Positions 18,242 to 26,552 are shown, numbered from the stretch's first letter. The stretch is 35,687 bases of DNA from an uncultured Woeseia sp. (GCA_964561815.1 CAZLQT010000001.1:20868-56554); one strand, 5' to 3'. A program made the numbers and translations. The notes: a model not told the origin generated them from the sequence alone.

Positions 18242-19609
18242 TTATAACTGTTTCATAACTCCATACCAAAAATCAAGTGTTGCTTGGTAGGCTATAATTT
18301 CTATTCGTTCATTTAACCCGTGACCTCTATAGCCTGTTGGATCTGTCATCATTGCACTGGTGCCATACACGGGTATGCCTATGCTTCTTAAATAAAGGGC
18401 ATCAGTCGCCCCTGTAGACATAGTGGGCACAAGTGGCAGATCTGGAAAAACCTTGTGAATAGCTTCGCCAACTATTGTTTCTATTTCAGATGTAATTGGC
18501 GATACTGGGCTCTTCTGGAAATTAGAGACCGATGAAACTTCAACATCACTACCAACCACTTCCTGCAAGGTTGAGAAAATAACTTCTGGATTTTCATGAG
18601 GTAAAACTCTGCAATTAACAGTAGCAGTTGCAGAAACCGGTAAGGCATTCTCCGCATGCCCAGCTACAAGTTTTGTTGCCACGCAAGTGGTTCTCAACAT
18701 TGCATTTACTTCAGAATTATTATTGACAATACCAAATTCTGATTCTGTTTCTCCCTCAAGGATAGCGATAATTTCATTTCTATCATTTTCTTGAGCTTCA
18801 TTTAACATAAATTCTAGCGTGGCTCTTGTGGTCTCGTTTAGGCTGATTGGAAACTTGTGTTCTTTAACTTTATTAAGTGCATTGGCTAAATCATAAATGG
18901 CATTATCTGGTCTTGGAATTGAGCTATGCCCACCACGATTTGAGGTGGTCATGGTTACTGTCATGTATACTTTCTCAGCTGATTGCAATCTAAATGCCAC
19001 AGGGTTGTCCATCGTCCCAGTGATATAACCACCGTCTGAGTTGAATGCAAATGGTGCTCGCCTTACTGATTCAAAGTTATCTCGGAAGTATACGATACTT
19101 TCCATGCCAGTTTCCTCATCACCAGTTAACAGTATGATAATGTCATTTTCTGGCACAAAACCTTCTTCTTTTAAGCGTATGAAAGTGGTAATCAATGCAG
19201 CGGCACCGCCTTTATTATCGCTAGACCCACGGCCATGAAGAAAGCCATCGATTTCAACTAGTTCAAAAGGGTCAGTATCCCAGGAATCTTTTACAGCAGG
19301 TACTACATCGATATGCGCCATAACAATTACCGGTTTTTTTGACGATTTACCTTTGTATACAGCGTATAAACCTTTGGAAGTCTCTGTGGGCCCTGCAACT
19401 TTAAGATCGGCATCATCGAATCCATTCTTTAAAAGAATTTCTTTTGAAAGTTCACTAACTTCAGTAGCGAGCCCCATATCAGCCGTTGACTCAATCTTAA
19501 CCATGTCAGATAAAATAGATCTGCCTAGTTCTAAGTAATCACTGGAGCCCAAGATTGGCTTAGAGAATATAACCATCGGTAGAATCATCGATTTAATAAA
19601 TAATTTCAT
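18242..19609 (-). CDS. exported M20-family metallopeptidase (carboxypeptidase G2-like)
   Basis: The N-terminus is hydrophobic. Motifs are MAHIDVVPA, HGRGSSDNKGG and LLTGDEETG. Its start overlaps the upstream hydrolase stop as ATGA. Confidence 0.82.
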   Translation of the reverse strand: MKLFIKSMILPMVIFSKPILGSSDYLELGRSILSDMVKIESTADMGLATEVSELSKEILLKNGFDDADLKVAGPTETSKGLYAVYKGKSSKKPVIVMAHIDVVPAVKDSWDTDPFELVEIDGFLHGRGSSDNKGGAAALITTFIRLKEEGFVPENDIIILLTGDEETGMESIVYFRDNFESVRRAPFAFNSDGGYITGTMDNPVAFRLQSAEKVYMTVTMTTSNRGGHSSIPRPDNAIYDLANALNKVKEHKFPISLNETTRATLEFMLNEAQENDRNEIIAILEGETESEFGIVNNNSEVNAMLRTTCVATKLVAGHAENALPVSATATVNCRVLPHENPEVIFSTLQEVVGSDVEVSSVSNFQKSPVSPITSEIETIVGEAIHKVFPDLPLVPTMSTGATDALYLRSIGIPVYGTSAMMTDPTGYRGHGLNERIEIIAYQATLDFWYGVMKQL

Positions 19610-20574
19610 TGAATTACTCCTTGGTTTGATTTTACTAAATATTCCATGGCGTCAATAGCTGTCTTCTCACCGAGTTCCTGGACAAGTTGGTGTCCGCCGG
19701 ATTCGTAAGTAATAATTTCAACAGCGGGCGAATTGATTAATAGATTTTCCATCTCATAGGCTAACTCAACTGGAACCACTCTATTCTGTTTCCCCCACAT
19801 AATAAGAACAGGCGATTTAACTTGATTAATGACCTCATCGATATTTCCAGAGATATATTGTCTCATCCTTGCCATCTGTGCGTCTCTTTGGCCTTCTCTT
19901 AATAAGAGCTCGTGCCATCGAGTGACGAGTTCTTCATCTACATTTTCAGGATTTCCAAATCCTCCAGATAAAAGGCCTTTTACCAATGATCTTGGTGTTA
20001 TTTGAGTTATTAGATTAAATGCTTTGGGTAAGTGGGCAGGTTGATCACTGCCTCTGATCCTTGGATTAAGCGCACCCGGACTAACCAAAATAAGACTCTC
20101 TACTTTTTCGGGGTTCTGGTTAGCAAAATGTATTCCAATAGTTCCTCCCAAAGAGGCACCGGCTATGCTTAACTTGTCTATTTCTAAATGGAGAAGCAGC
20201 TTTTCGATCAAAACAAGAGTGCGAGACATTGAATAATCATTCGATGGATCAGCTTCAGTTAACCCGTGACCGGGTATATCCAGTCTAATAATTCTGTAAT
20301 CCGGCGTGAGTTTTTGAACCCAAGGGTGCCAGTCAATCAAATTGGCGTAATTCGCATGTAGCAAGAGCACCACCGGCCCTGAGCCTTCATCAGTATAATG
20401 AATGTTTACCCCATCGATATTTTTAAAAGACGAGCTGCTGAGTAAATATTTTGCCTCGATTTCATCCACGCTTTTTTCCATTGGGTATCGTGCACCAAAT
20501 AAAAGACTCAGCAAAAAGATACCAAGAGCAGACAGCGAAATGATCAGCGTGTTTTTAAAGATTTTTTTTAACAT
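19606..20574 (-). CDS. membrane-anchored alpha/beta-fold hydrolase
   Basis: It has an N-terminal TM helix, the nucleophile elbow GASLGG and a C-terminal catalytic His context (SGGHQLVQE). Confidence 0.8.
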   Translation of the reverse strand: MLKKIFKNTLIISLSALGIFLLSLLFGARYPMEKSVDEIEAKYLLSSSSFKNIDGVNIHYTDEGSGPVVLLLHANYANLIDWHPWVQKLTPDYRIIRLDIPGHGLTEADPSNDYSMSRTLVLIEKLLLHLEIDKLSIAGASLGGTIGIHFANQNPEKVESLILVSPGALNPRIRGSDQPAHLPKAFNLITQITPRSLVKGLLSGGFGNPENVDEELVTRWHELLLREGQRDAQMARMRQYISGNIDEVINQVKSPVLIMWGKQNRVVPVELAYEMENLLINSPAVEIITYESGGHQLVQELGEKTAIDAMEYLVKSNQGVIQ

Positions 20575-20649
20575 AAAAATTTATTTAACTCTTGATCAAT
20601 CAATTCTAATATTAGCGTTATATTATCGATTAGTTTTAGTTAAAAAAAT

Positions 20650-21600
20650 ATGAAAAAAGAAAACTCAAAAGAAAGCACCATGAAACCTTTTGAAGCTGGC
20701 GATATTTTTTTAGGCTGTACCTATCTAAATGATGAGGTTGATGATCATAAAGGAGATGGAAGAATTCTCCAATATACCAATAATCTTGAGCCGAAAGGGG
20801 TCTTATGGACTGAGGGTACTGAGCACTTAGTGATCGGTCTGACCATTGACCCTGATGGTGTACTCTGGGGTTTTGATATGCACAATCACATTGTGGTTAG
20901 GGTGTCTCCAGATGGACGACAAATGCCCAACCATGATTTTGGTGATCGCGCATTCTCTAATGCCACTTTTGATAAAGAGGGTAATATCTATTTGGGAGAA
21001 TGCCTTGTTGGTAATACTCCTTATCCGGGAAGTTTCATGAAGCGTTTACCGGGTCTAGATCTAGTCGGCTATGCAAATATTCATAAGTTTAATGCAGATC
21101 TAGAGTTGGTTGATGTTTTTGATGTTGCTTATTCACCAGAATTTCATCAGTTTAAGGGAGTTACCCACACCACCATGCACCCAAGCGAAGAATACATCAC
21201 CTACACAACGGAGATTGGCAAGAAAGTCATGCGTTACGATATTATTCATCGAGAACAAATGGAGGATTTGGTTGTGCTTCCTGGTGATTTAACAGACCAG
21301 GTGGTCGCCATAGCTGTCAATTATTTACCGGACGGCAGATTATTGCACTCTCGAGGCGATTATATCGAGATCTTGGACGAGAAGGGTTCGGTAATTCAAA
21401 CTATAGATTTGAAGGAGCATGGGTGGGGGATTGCACAGGTCACCCCCTCATCTGATGGAGTGCATTTTTTTACGGCAAATATTTTTTCAGGGATTATGTT
21501 AAAAGTAAGATTAGACAATGGCGAAGTTGTCGGTTCAATTGACACAGGTTTTGCAGCACCAAAGAGGAGTTTTGCAGGGGTAGCTGAATATTCGTTATAG
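20650..21600 (+). CDS. hypothetical protein, probable beta-propeller fold (SGL/NHL/lactonase-like); function unknown
   Basis: Blade-like motifs recur (IDPDGVLWGFD, FDKEGNIYLGE, YLPDGRLLHS, PSSDGVHFFTAN). There is no signal peptide. I recognise no specific family. Confidence 0.4.
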   Translation: MKKENSKESTMKPFEAGDIFLGCTYLNDEVDDHKGDGRILQYTNNLEPKGVLWTEGTEHLVIGLTIDPDGVLWGFDMHNHIVVRVSPDGRQMPNHDFGDRAFSNATFDKEGNIYLGECLVGNTPYPGSFMKRLPGLDLVGYANIHKFNADLELVDVFDVAYSPEFHQFKGVTHTTMHPSEEYITYTTEIGKKVMRYDIIHREQMEDLVVLPGDLTDQVVAIAVNYLPDGRLLHSRGDYIEILDEKGSVIQTIDLKEHGWGIAQVTPSSDGVHFFTANIFSGIMLKVRLDNGEVVGSIDTGFAAPKRSFAGVAEYSL

Positions 21601-21603
21601 AAA

Positions 21604-22056
21604 TTAGTCGGTTACTTCTAGACTGTATTGTAAAAATTCATTATCAACCTCATAACCCAGAGACTCATATAGGGATTGACCAATGAAATTGTCTTTTGCT
21701 GTAGAGAGTTCCAATCGCTTAAAGCCATTTTCTCTGGCGTAATCTTTTGCTTTATTCATTAAATCTCTTCCTATACCACCGGTTCTCTTTTCTGGGTCAA
21801 CAAATAGGTCATACAAGATGAGGATGGGTATCATGCTCACTGAGCAGAATGAGGGGTAAAGCTGGACAAAACCATTCAAACTCTCATCATCGTTCATTGA
21901 TACAAATATGGTTGAATCACCATTCTCTAGCCTTTCTTTAATAAATTGAAGCGTCCCTTTAGGGTCATTCTCTTCTTTGTAAAATATTCTATAGAGATTA
22001 AAGAGCCTAGAAATTTCATCCTGATGTTTAATTTTGGCTCGGACTATTTTTGGCAT
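21604..22056 (-). CDS. GNAT-family N-acetyltransferase
   Basis: It is 150 aa with acetyl-CoA motif A (RTGGIGRDLMNKAKDYARENG). Confidence 0.8.
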   Translation of the reverse strand: MPKIVRAKIKHQDEISRLFNLYRIFYKEENDPKGTLQFIKERLENGDSTIFVSMNDDESLNGFVQLYPSFCSVSMIPILILYDLFVDPEKRTGGIGRDLMNKAKDYARENGFKRLELSTAKDNFIGQSLYESLGYEVDNEFLQYSLEVTD

Positions 22057-22067
22057 AATTTTATAAA

Positions 22068-23024
22068 CTAATTTTTCTCTGTTAGAAAAGTCATCTCTTT
22101 AATAATGCTCTCAGCAACAACAATCGGTGATTCCTCATGCACATAGTGGCCAGCATCTTTTATTAGTTCCAGTTTACTATTTCTAAAACCATTTTTTAAC
22201 TGTAGCGCTTCTTCCATCGATTTATTACGATCCTCAACGCCAAAGACTATTAGTGTTGGATTATTAACTCTGTGCATCAGATCAGCTTCATTAGCATCAT
22301 AGAACTTATTTAGCATGCTTGTCGTTCCTGTAAGATAACCTTCAGATTTTGCTCCGAGCATAATTTCATTCATGACTTTCTCGTCTACAATAGATGGGTC
22401 ATGATAAGAACGTTTCAGGAACTCTTCTCTAAAATCTCGATCAGCAAATTGTTTTGCTGACACCCTAGCGAAGGGGAATATCAAATTAAGGTATCTAGCA
22501 AACTCAGGTACACCTGTGTTGATGATGCCGGGGTTAAACAGGATCAAACCTTTAGTTTTCTGATTATTCATAGCCACATGAAAAGCAATGGCCCCACCTA
22601 AGGAATGACCTCCGACTATGAATGAGTTAAGATCAAGTGCGTCAGCAAGTTGACTTATGGTTTCAGCTTGATTGAGATTACTGTAATCGTAATCTGTGGG
22701 TTTATCTGATAGCCCGAAACCAAGGAGATCAAGAGCATAAATATTATATACCTCAGAGAGGATAGGTGTGATTGATCGCCAAGAATGTAAATTATTTCCA
22801 AACCCATGAATTAGGATTAAATTCGGACTGTTTTCCTTTGCTGCAAGATATTCTCTGTAACGTATATCATAACCTCTGATCTCGATAAACAGATCTTTAT
22901 TAGTCGCTAATGTTCTGCTCGGGGTTTCTTCTACAGGCAGATAGGCATACACAACAAGATAGCCATAACCAAGAATTATAAGTCCTAAGCAGAGTCTGAA
23001 AGTGGTTCTAAAAAACTGTTTCAT
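22068..23024 (-). CDS. membrane-anchored alpha/beta-fold hydrolase (paralogous architecture to 19606..20574)
   Basis: It has an N-terminal TM helix, the oxyanion HGFG, the nucleophile GHSLGG and a His in DAGHYVHEE. GNAT follows after 11 nt. Confidence 0.82.
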   Translation of the reverse strand: MKQFFRTTFRLCLGLIILGYGYLVVYAYLPVEETPSRTLATNKDLFIEIRGYDIRYREYLAAKENSPNLILIHGFGNNLHSWRSITPILSEVYNIYALDLLGFGLSDKPTDYDYSNLNQAETISQLADALDLNSFIVGGHSLGGAIAFHVAMNNQKTKGLILFNPGIINTGVPEFARYLNLIFPFARVSAKQFADRDFREEFLKRSYHDPSIVDEKVMNEIMLGAKSEGYLTGTTSMLNKFYDANEADLMHRVNNPTLIVFGVEDRNKSMEEALQLKNGFRNSKLELIKDAGHYVHEESPIVVAESIIKEMTFLTEKN

Positions 23025-23072
23025 CTATTCAAAATAAAAATCCAATCTAAATCTAATAACGAAAAATACAAT

Positions 23073-23129
23073 GAGTAGGTAGTTTATGAGTTGTGCTCCC
23101 CTAAGGCAATTTTAGATGACTGCCTACTC
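23073..23129 (-). repeat. 7-bp inverted repeat GAGTAGG ... CCTACTC separated by 43 nt within the 158-nt spacer
   Basis: Read directly: GAGTAGG is 23073-23079 and CCTACTC is 23123-23129. On the minus-strand transcript a U-rich run (AUUGUAUUUUUCG) follows. Confidence 0.3.
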
Positions 23130-23182
23130 TCCTAAATTAGGGATTATTGATTACAGATAAAATCTTCCAGAAAGCTTAAGAG

Positions 23183-23677
23183 CTAGTTATCTTCAACTAG
23201 TTTTTGTTTATATAAGCGTGTTTCAACGAGTAGGTCGCTAGTGTATTCCCTTAGTGAGATAATCTTGCCCTCTTGAAATCTAAAGATAAACACGTATTTG
23301 TTGTTATAACGGCCATTAACTCCCTCAGCATCTCCCTCAACCATTAGAGCAACACTGTCCTTATCTCCTATAGCATCAGTAACCTCAACTTTTGTAAATC
23401 CTCCGGGCACTAAAGGGGCAACAACATTATCCATCCAAACCGACCAGTATGTCTGCTTGTTGTATTTAACATTGGAAATTTGTGAGACACCCATAAACAT
23501 AAAATCAAAGTCTTCATGCAAAAGGGAATCAGCTGTATCTCTATCTGTGAGGAGCGTATTCATAAATTTTGTAGCAGAAACTACATTTTCTGAGCCAATA
23601 TTTTTTTCATGGTGACCAGCAAAAACAGCCAATGAAAAACTGGCCAAGAATGCTATAAAAAGGATCTTTCGTTTCAT
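23183..23677 (-). CDS. exported SnoaL/NTF2-fold protein
   Basis: The signal peptide is ..SLAVFA|GHHEKN. Size and secondary-structure-like pattern fit NTF2-like proteins (KYVFIFRFQEGKIISLREY). It lies 22 nt downstream of the anti-sigma gene. Confidence 0.55.
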   Translation of the reverse strand: MKRKILFIAFLASFSLAVFAGHHEKNIGSENVVSATKFMNTLLTDRDTADSLLHEDFDFMFMGVSQISNVKYNKQTYWSVWMDNVVAPLVPGGFTKVEVTDAIGDKDSVALMVEGDAEGVNGRYNNKYVFIFRFQEGKIISLREYTSDLLVETRLYKQKLVEDN

Positions 23678-23699
23678 AAGTATTCCTATATAAAGTGAT

Positions 23700-24506
23700 T
23701 CAGATTTGAATTTTTGGACGTTCTTTAGGAGCGGTTAATAATAATGGTTGATCAGAAACAACAACACCACCTGGTTGCTCCAAAGTTATGGCAAAAGCAA
23801 CTGCTTTTGAGATAGGGAGCTTAGGGTTGATTGGAATAATTACCGGTTTATCTATTCGAGTGATATCAAAGACACCGCCATCGACTGGTTGCTCATGCTT
23901 TAAGGGATCAACAATCCAGACTTGGTATTGATTTTGGGTGGGATCGTTCATTGGCAAACCAGTGATCTTGATAAACCCTTTCTGCCCTTGATCAGTCCAG
24001 ATTATGTCTCCAGATATCGCTTCTAGTGATGTGGATCTAGAATGCCAGGGAAATTGGATCATATCTGTTGCTGTATTTTCCAGAACAGCTCTTTTTAAAG
24101 GTAAATATCTGAAATTCCCATCATAAGTTCTAAACTCAATCATAGAAAAGGAGAGGCCTATAGCCATAAGTACAGTCAATGTCCAAGCATACTGAGGTTT
24201 ATAGAAGAACACTCTCACATAGTGATTGATGTAATCCATCAGCGTTGATTGGCCCAACTCTGTTCTATACTCATGAAGAATCCGTTTACGCATTTGCTTG
24301 GGTAGCATCTCATTATTAAAGTTATCTTGTGAGTAAAAACTTATTTGTGCCAGCGCCGTCATTTCATGAAAATAATCCTCAGTGTATTCAGGAAAAAGAT
24401 CAAGCAGTTCATTTAACTCTCTTTGCTCGTCTGGAGAAAGTCGTTGCGTTGACTTCAACACAAGTAAATCAAATAGTCTTTCTTGTTTTTTCTCTTCTCT
24501 AGGCAT
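23700..24506 (-). CDS. single-pass anti-sigma factor, RskA-like periplasmic domain
   Basis: It has a central TM (YAWTLTVLMAIGLSFSMI). The C-terminal pattern YQVWIVDP...GGVFDI...AFAITLEQPGGVVVSDQPLLL is typical of the RskA domain. It overlaps the sigma gene by 8 nt (ATGCCTAG). Confidence 0.75.
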   Translation of the reverse strand: MPREEKKQERLFDLLVLKSTQRLSPDEQRELNELLDLFPEYTEDYFHEMTALAQISFYSQDNFNNEMLPKQMRKRILHEYRTELGQSTLMDYINHYVRVFFYKPQYAWTLTVLMAIGLSFSMIEFRTYDGNFRYLPLKRAVLENTATDMIQFPWHSRSTSLEAISGDIIWTDQGQKGFIKITGLPMNDPTQNQYQVWIVDPLKHEQPVDGGVFDITRIDKPVIIPINPKLPISKAVAFAITLEQPGGVVVSDQPLLLTAPKERPKIQI

Positions 24507-25125
24507 TATTTAAGTTAAGGATTGCTTCGGTTTCATTGGTTTCAAAAATTTCTTTTATTTTTATCAAGTTTCTTCTGATTCTTGTTTTTACTGTTCCAAG
24601 AGGAAGATTGAGTAACTTTGAAATTTCAGAATGACTGTACCCTTGATATATAGATAATTTAAGCAGTTCTTGATCATCGATATCTAAATTTTTAATCGCA
24701 TTTTGTATTAATTGGAGATCTGTCGATTCATTTAAGATTGATTCTTTATAAAGTTGATGTCCGCTATTGTCTTCATCAATAGATTCAAGGTTCTTATGTT
24801 TACTAATTTTCCTAAGATGATCAATAAATCGACGTCTAGCTATCATTGAGACAAAAGTTATTTCTTTTGCTTTACTGGCGTCGAATTTATCGGCTGATTT
24901 CCAAATCGCGATAAATACTTCTTGCACAGCATCTTCAACATCAGATTGCCTATATAAGAATTTTTTGCCAATCGACCACACTAGGTTTCCATATTTTTCT
25001 ATGAGAAGCTCAAACGAGCCATCTTCACCAGCAGCTATTCTCGCTAGAATTGAATCATTATGATCTGATTGCATAGCAGACACTCTTCTATCATATATAT
25101 TTAATGACCTAACAGGTTGTGCCAC
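24499..25125 (-). CDS. ECF-type RNA polymerase sigma-70 family factor
   Basis: Region 2 is DAVQEVFIAIWKSADKFD and region 4 is YQGYSHSEISKLLNLPLGTVKTRIRRNL. The called start is GTG, with AAAGG 8 nt upstream. ATG at 25074 (MQSDHND..) is an alternative start. Confidence 0.85.
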   Translation of the reverse strand: MAQPVRSLNIYDRRVSAMQSDHNDSILARIAAGEDGSFELLIEKYGNLVWSIGKKFLYRQSDVEDAVQEVFIAIWKSADKFDASKAKEITFVSMIARRRFIDHLRKISKHKNLESIDEDNSGHQLYKESILNESTDLQLIQNAIKNLDIDDQELLKLSIYQGYSHSEISKLLNLPLGTVKTRIRRNLIKIKEIFETNETEAILNLNNA

Positions 25126-25197
25126 TTCATAGCCTTTTATTAAAAATTAACCAATCTTTCGTTATATAGGAAAGTTTGGATTTAAAAAAAAGCTATT

Positions 25198-25593
25198 TTA
25201 AGGGGTTAACCATTCTCCTGCAAAGTTGCACCCAAACTCAACACCCATAGGTCCTGTGTTACTGTCTTCGTAGTAGACTTCTTCCCATCCACCTCTTTCG
25301 CAAGATCCAATTGACCCCTCTCTTGGGCAATCACCCTCTGCATAGACTGGGTCCATAATATTGACCATTCCATCACCAACATCTGGATAGCTTTCACAAA
25401 AATGCTCAGATACGTTTGTTCTGCATGCTTTGTAAGGGTCTCCTGCAAAAGGATTATCAGACATGTAGGTACAATGACCGGTGCCGCTTGGCTTGTTAGA
25501 CTCACTATCATGGTGACCACTTGCTTGTGAAGAGGATGCATAGAATCCAATAAAGATCACACAGGATAGAAATAATATCATTCGATTTTTCAT
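25198..25593 (-). CDS. small exported acidic 6-cysteine protein, no recognisable family
   Basis: A strong SD (AAAGGAGAG) precedes the ATG. The signal peptide has an AXA site (SSQA|SGHH). The predicted mature part has 6 Cys. A sigma-70-like promoter lies upstream. Confidence 0.6.
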   Translation of the reverse strand: MKNRMILFLSCVIFIGFYASSSQASGHHDSESNKPSGTGHCTYMSDNPFAGDPYKACRTNVSEHFCESYPDVGDGMVNIMDPVYAEGDCPREGSIGSCERGGWEEVYYEDSNTGPMGVEFGCNFAGEWLTP

Positions 25594-25614
25594 AATTTTC
25601 TCTCCTTTAGTACT

Positions 25615-25643
25615 ATTGTATGACCTAATTGTGCAGTCAACAA
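25615..25643 (-). promoter_or_regulatory. candidate sigma-70 promoter for the 6-Cys protein gene (TTGTTG-N17-TACAAT on the minus strand)
   Basis: Read on the reverse complement, the -10 TACAAT is 25620..25615 and the -35 TTGTTG is 25643..25638. The -10 sits 21 nt upstream of the ATG. An overlapping TTGACT would leave only a 14-nt spacer. Confidence 0.3.
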
Positions 25644-25706
25644 GAATGAGTTATGAATAAGCTATACTATTATTTACAATAGACAACTCAAATAAGGAGT
25701 AACCAG

Positions 25707-26552
25707 ATGAAAGAATCATCAATTATAAAACTATTTTCTATTACTTTTTTTTGCTATCTGTTAACTGGTTTATCAACAGTTAATGCCGATCATTCGAATG
25801 TCAAAATCCACAATCAAAATAAACCTACTGTTTTTATTACTGGGTCTAACAGAGGGATAGGCTTTGGTTTAGCTAAAAATTATGCAATAAAGGGTTGGAA
25901 TGTTATCGCCACATGTCGCAGCCCAAATCGGGCACAAGATCTTAAGGATCTAGCTACTGAGTATCCCAATATATTGATCGAAGAATTGGATGTCACAGAT
26001 CTAGATGAAATTAATCAACTTGCAACAAAATACGAAGGAATACCTATCGATGTTCTTATTAATAACGCTGGGATTCTTGGAGATGTCCAGGCACAGAGTT
26101 TCGGATCCCTAGACCAATCAACTTTTGAGAAAATTATGCTAGTAAATGCCTATGGACCTTTAAAGGTTGGAGAGGCCTTTGCCGACAACGTGGCTCTTAG
26201 CAATCAGAAAAAAATTGTGTCAATGACGAGTGGATTAGGGTCTATGCAGATCACGGGTAATTCTGATCGATTTTATTTCTATAGGATGAGCAAAGCTGCC
26301 TTAAATATGGGTGTCATAGCTATGAATGTTAGTTTGAAGTCAAAAGGCGTGATATCGGCATTGATCGCACCAGGAATGGTAGAAACGGCATTGCTTGAAG
26401 CTTCAGGCTACCCTTTGTCTGGCCCAGGAGTCGTGACCATTGACCAGAGCGCACTTGGCTTGATAGAAGTTATTGAAGAAATAAATCCAAAAACAAACAG
26501 GAAGAATAGGGGTAAAGCTATCAACTACGACAAAGGCATTATTCCCTGGTAA
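25707..26552 (+). CDS. short-chain dehydrogenase/reductase with N-terminal hydrophobic anchor or signal
   Basis: AAGGAG SD lies at 25694-25699. The cofactor motif is TGSNRGIGFG, followed by NNAG and catalytic YRMSK. About 25 hydrophobic residues precede the Rossmann fold. Confidence 0.85.
   Translation: MKESSIIKLFSITFFCYLLTGLSTVNADHSNVKIHNQNKPTVFITGSNRGIGFGLAKNYAIKGWNVIATCRSPNRAQDLKDLATEYPNILIEELDVTDLDEINQLATKYEGIPIDVLINNAGILGDVQAQSFGSLDQSTFEKIMLVNAYGPLKVGEAFADNVALSNQKKIVSMTSGLGSMQITGNSDRFYFYRMSKAALNMGVIAMNVSLKSKGVISALIAPGMVETALLEASGYPLSGPGVVTIDQSALGLIEVIEEINPKTNRKNRGKAINYDKGIIPW

Noticed and set aside
25156-25174. CTTTC-N9-GAAAG inverted repeat between the 6-Cys gene and the sigma gene, and a search there for an ECF-type (AAC-N16-CGT) autoregulatory promoter.
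   Set aside because: The arms are only 5 bp in an AT-rich spacer, so the repeat is expected by chance. The nearest AAAC...CGAA spacing is about 12 nt and does not fit ECF promoter geometry.
25206-25550. A 114-aa alternative-frame ORF on the same strand as the 6-Cys protein gene.
   Set aside because: The 25198..25593 frame has the strong SD, a canonical signal peptide and a regular Cys pattern. The alternative frame starts internally with no ribosome-binding signal.
17572-25593. Treating the accessory-looking block (GST to ECF unit) as a genomic island or mobile element.
   Set aside because: I see no integrase, transposase, flanking tRNA or direct repeats, and no obvious compositional break by eye. 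Gene packing is the same as in the flanking core regions.
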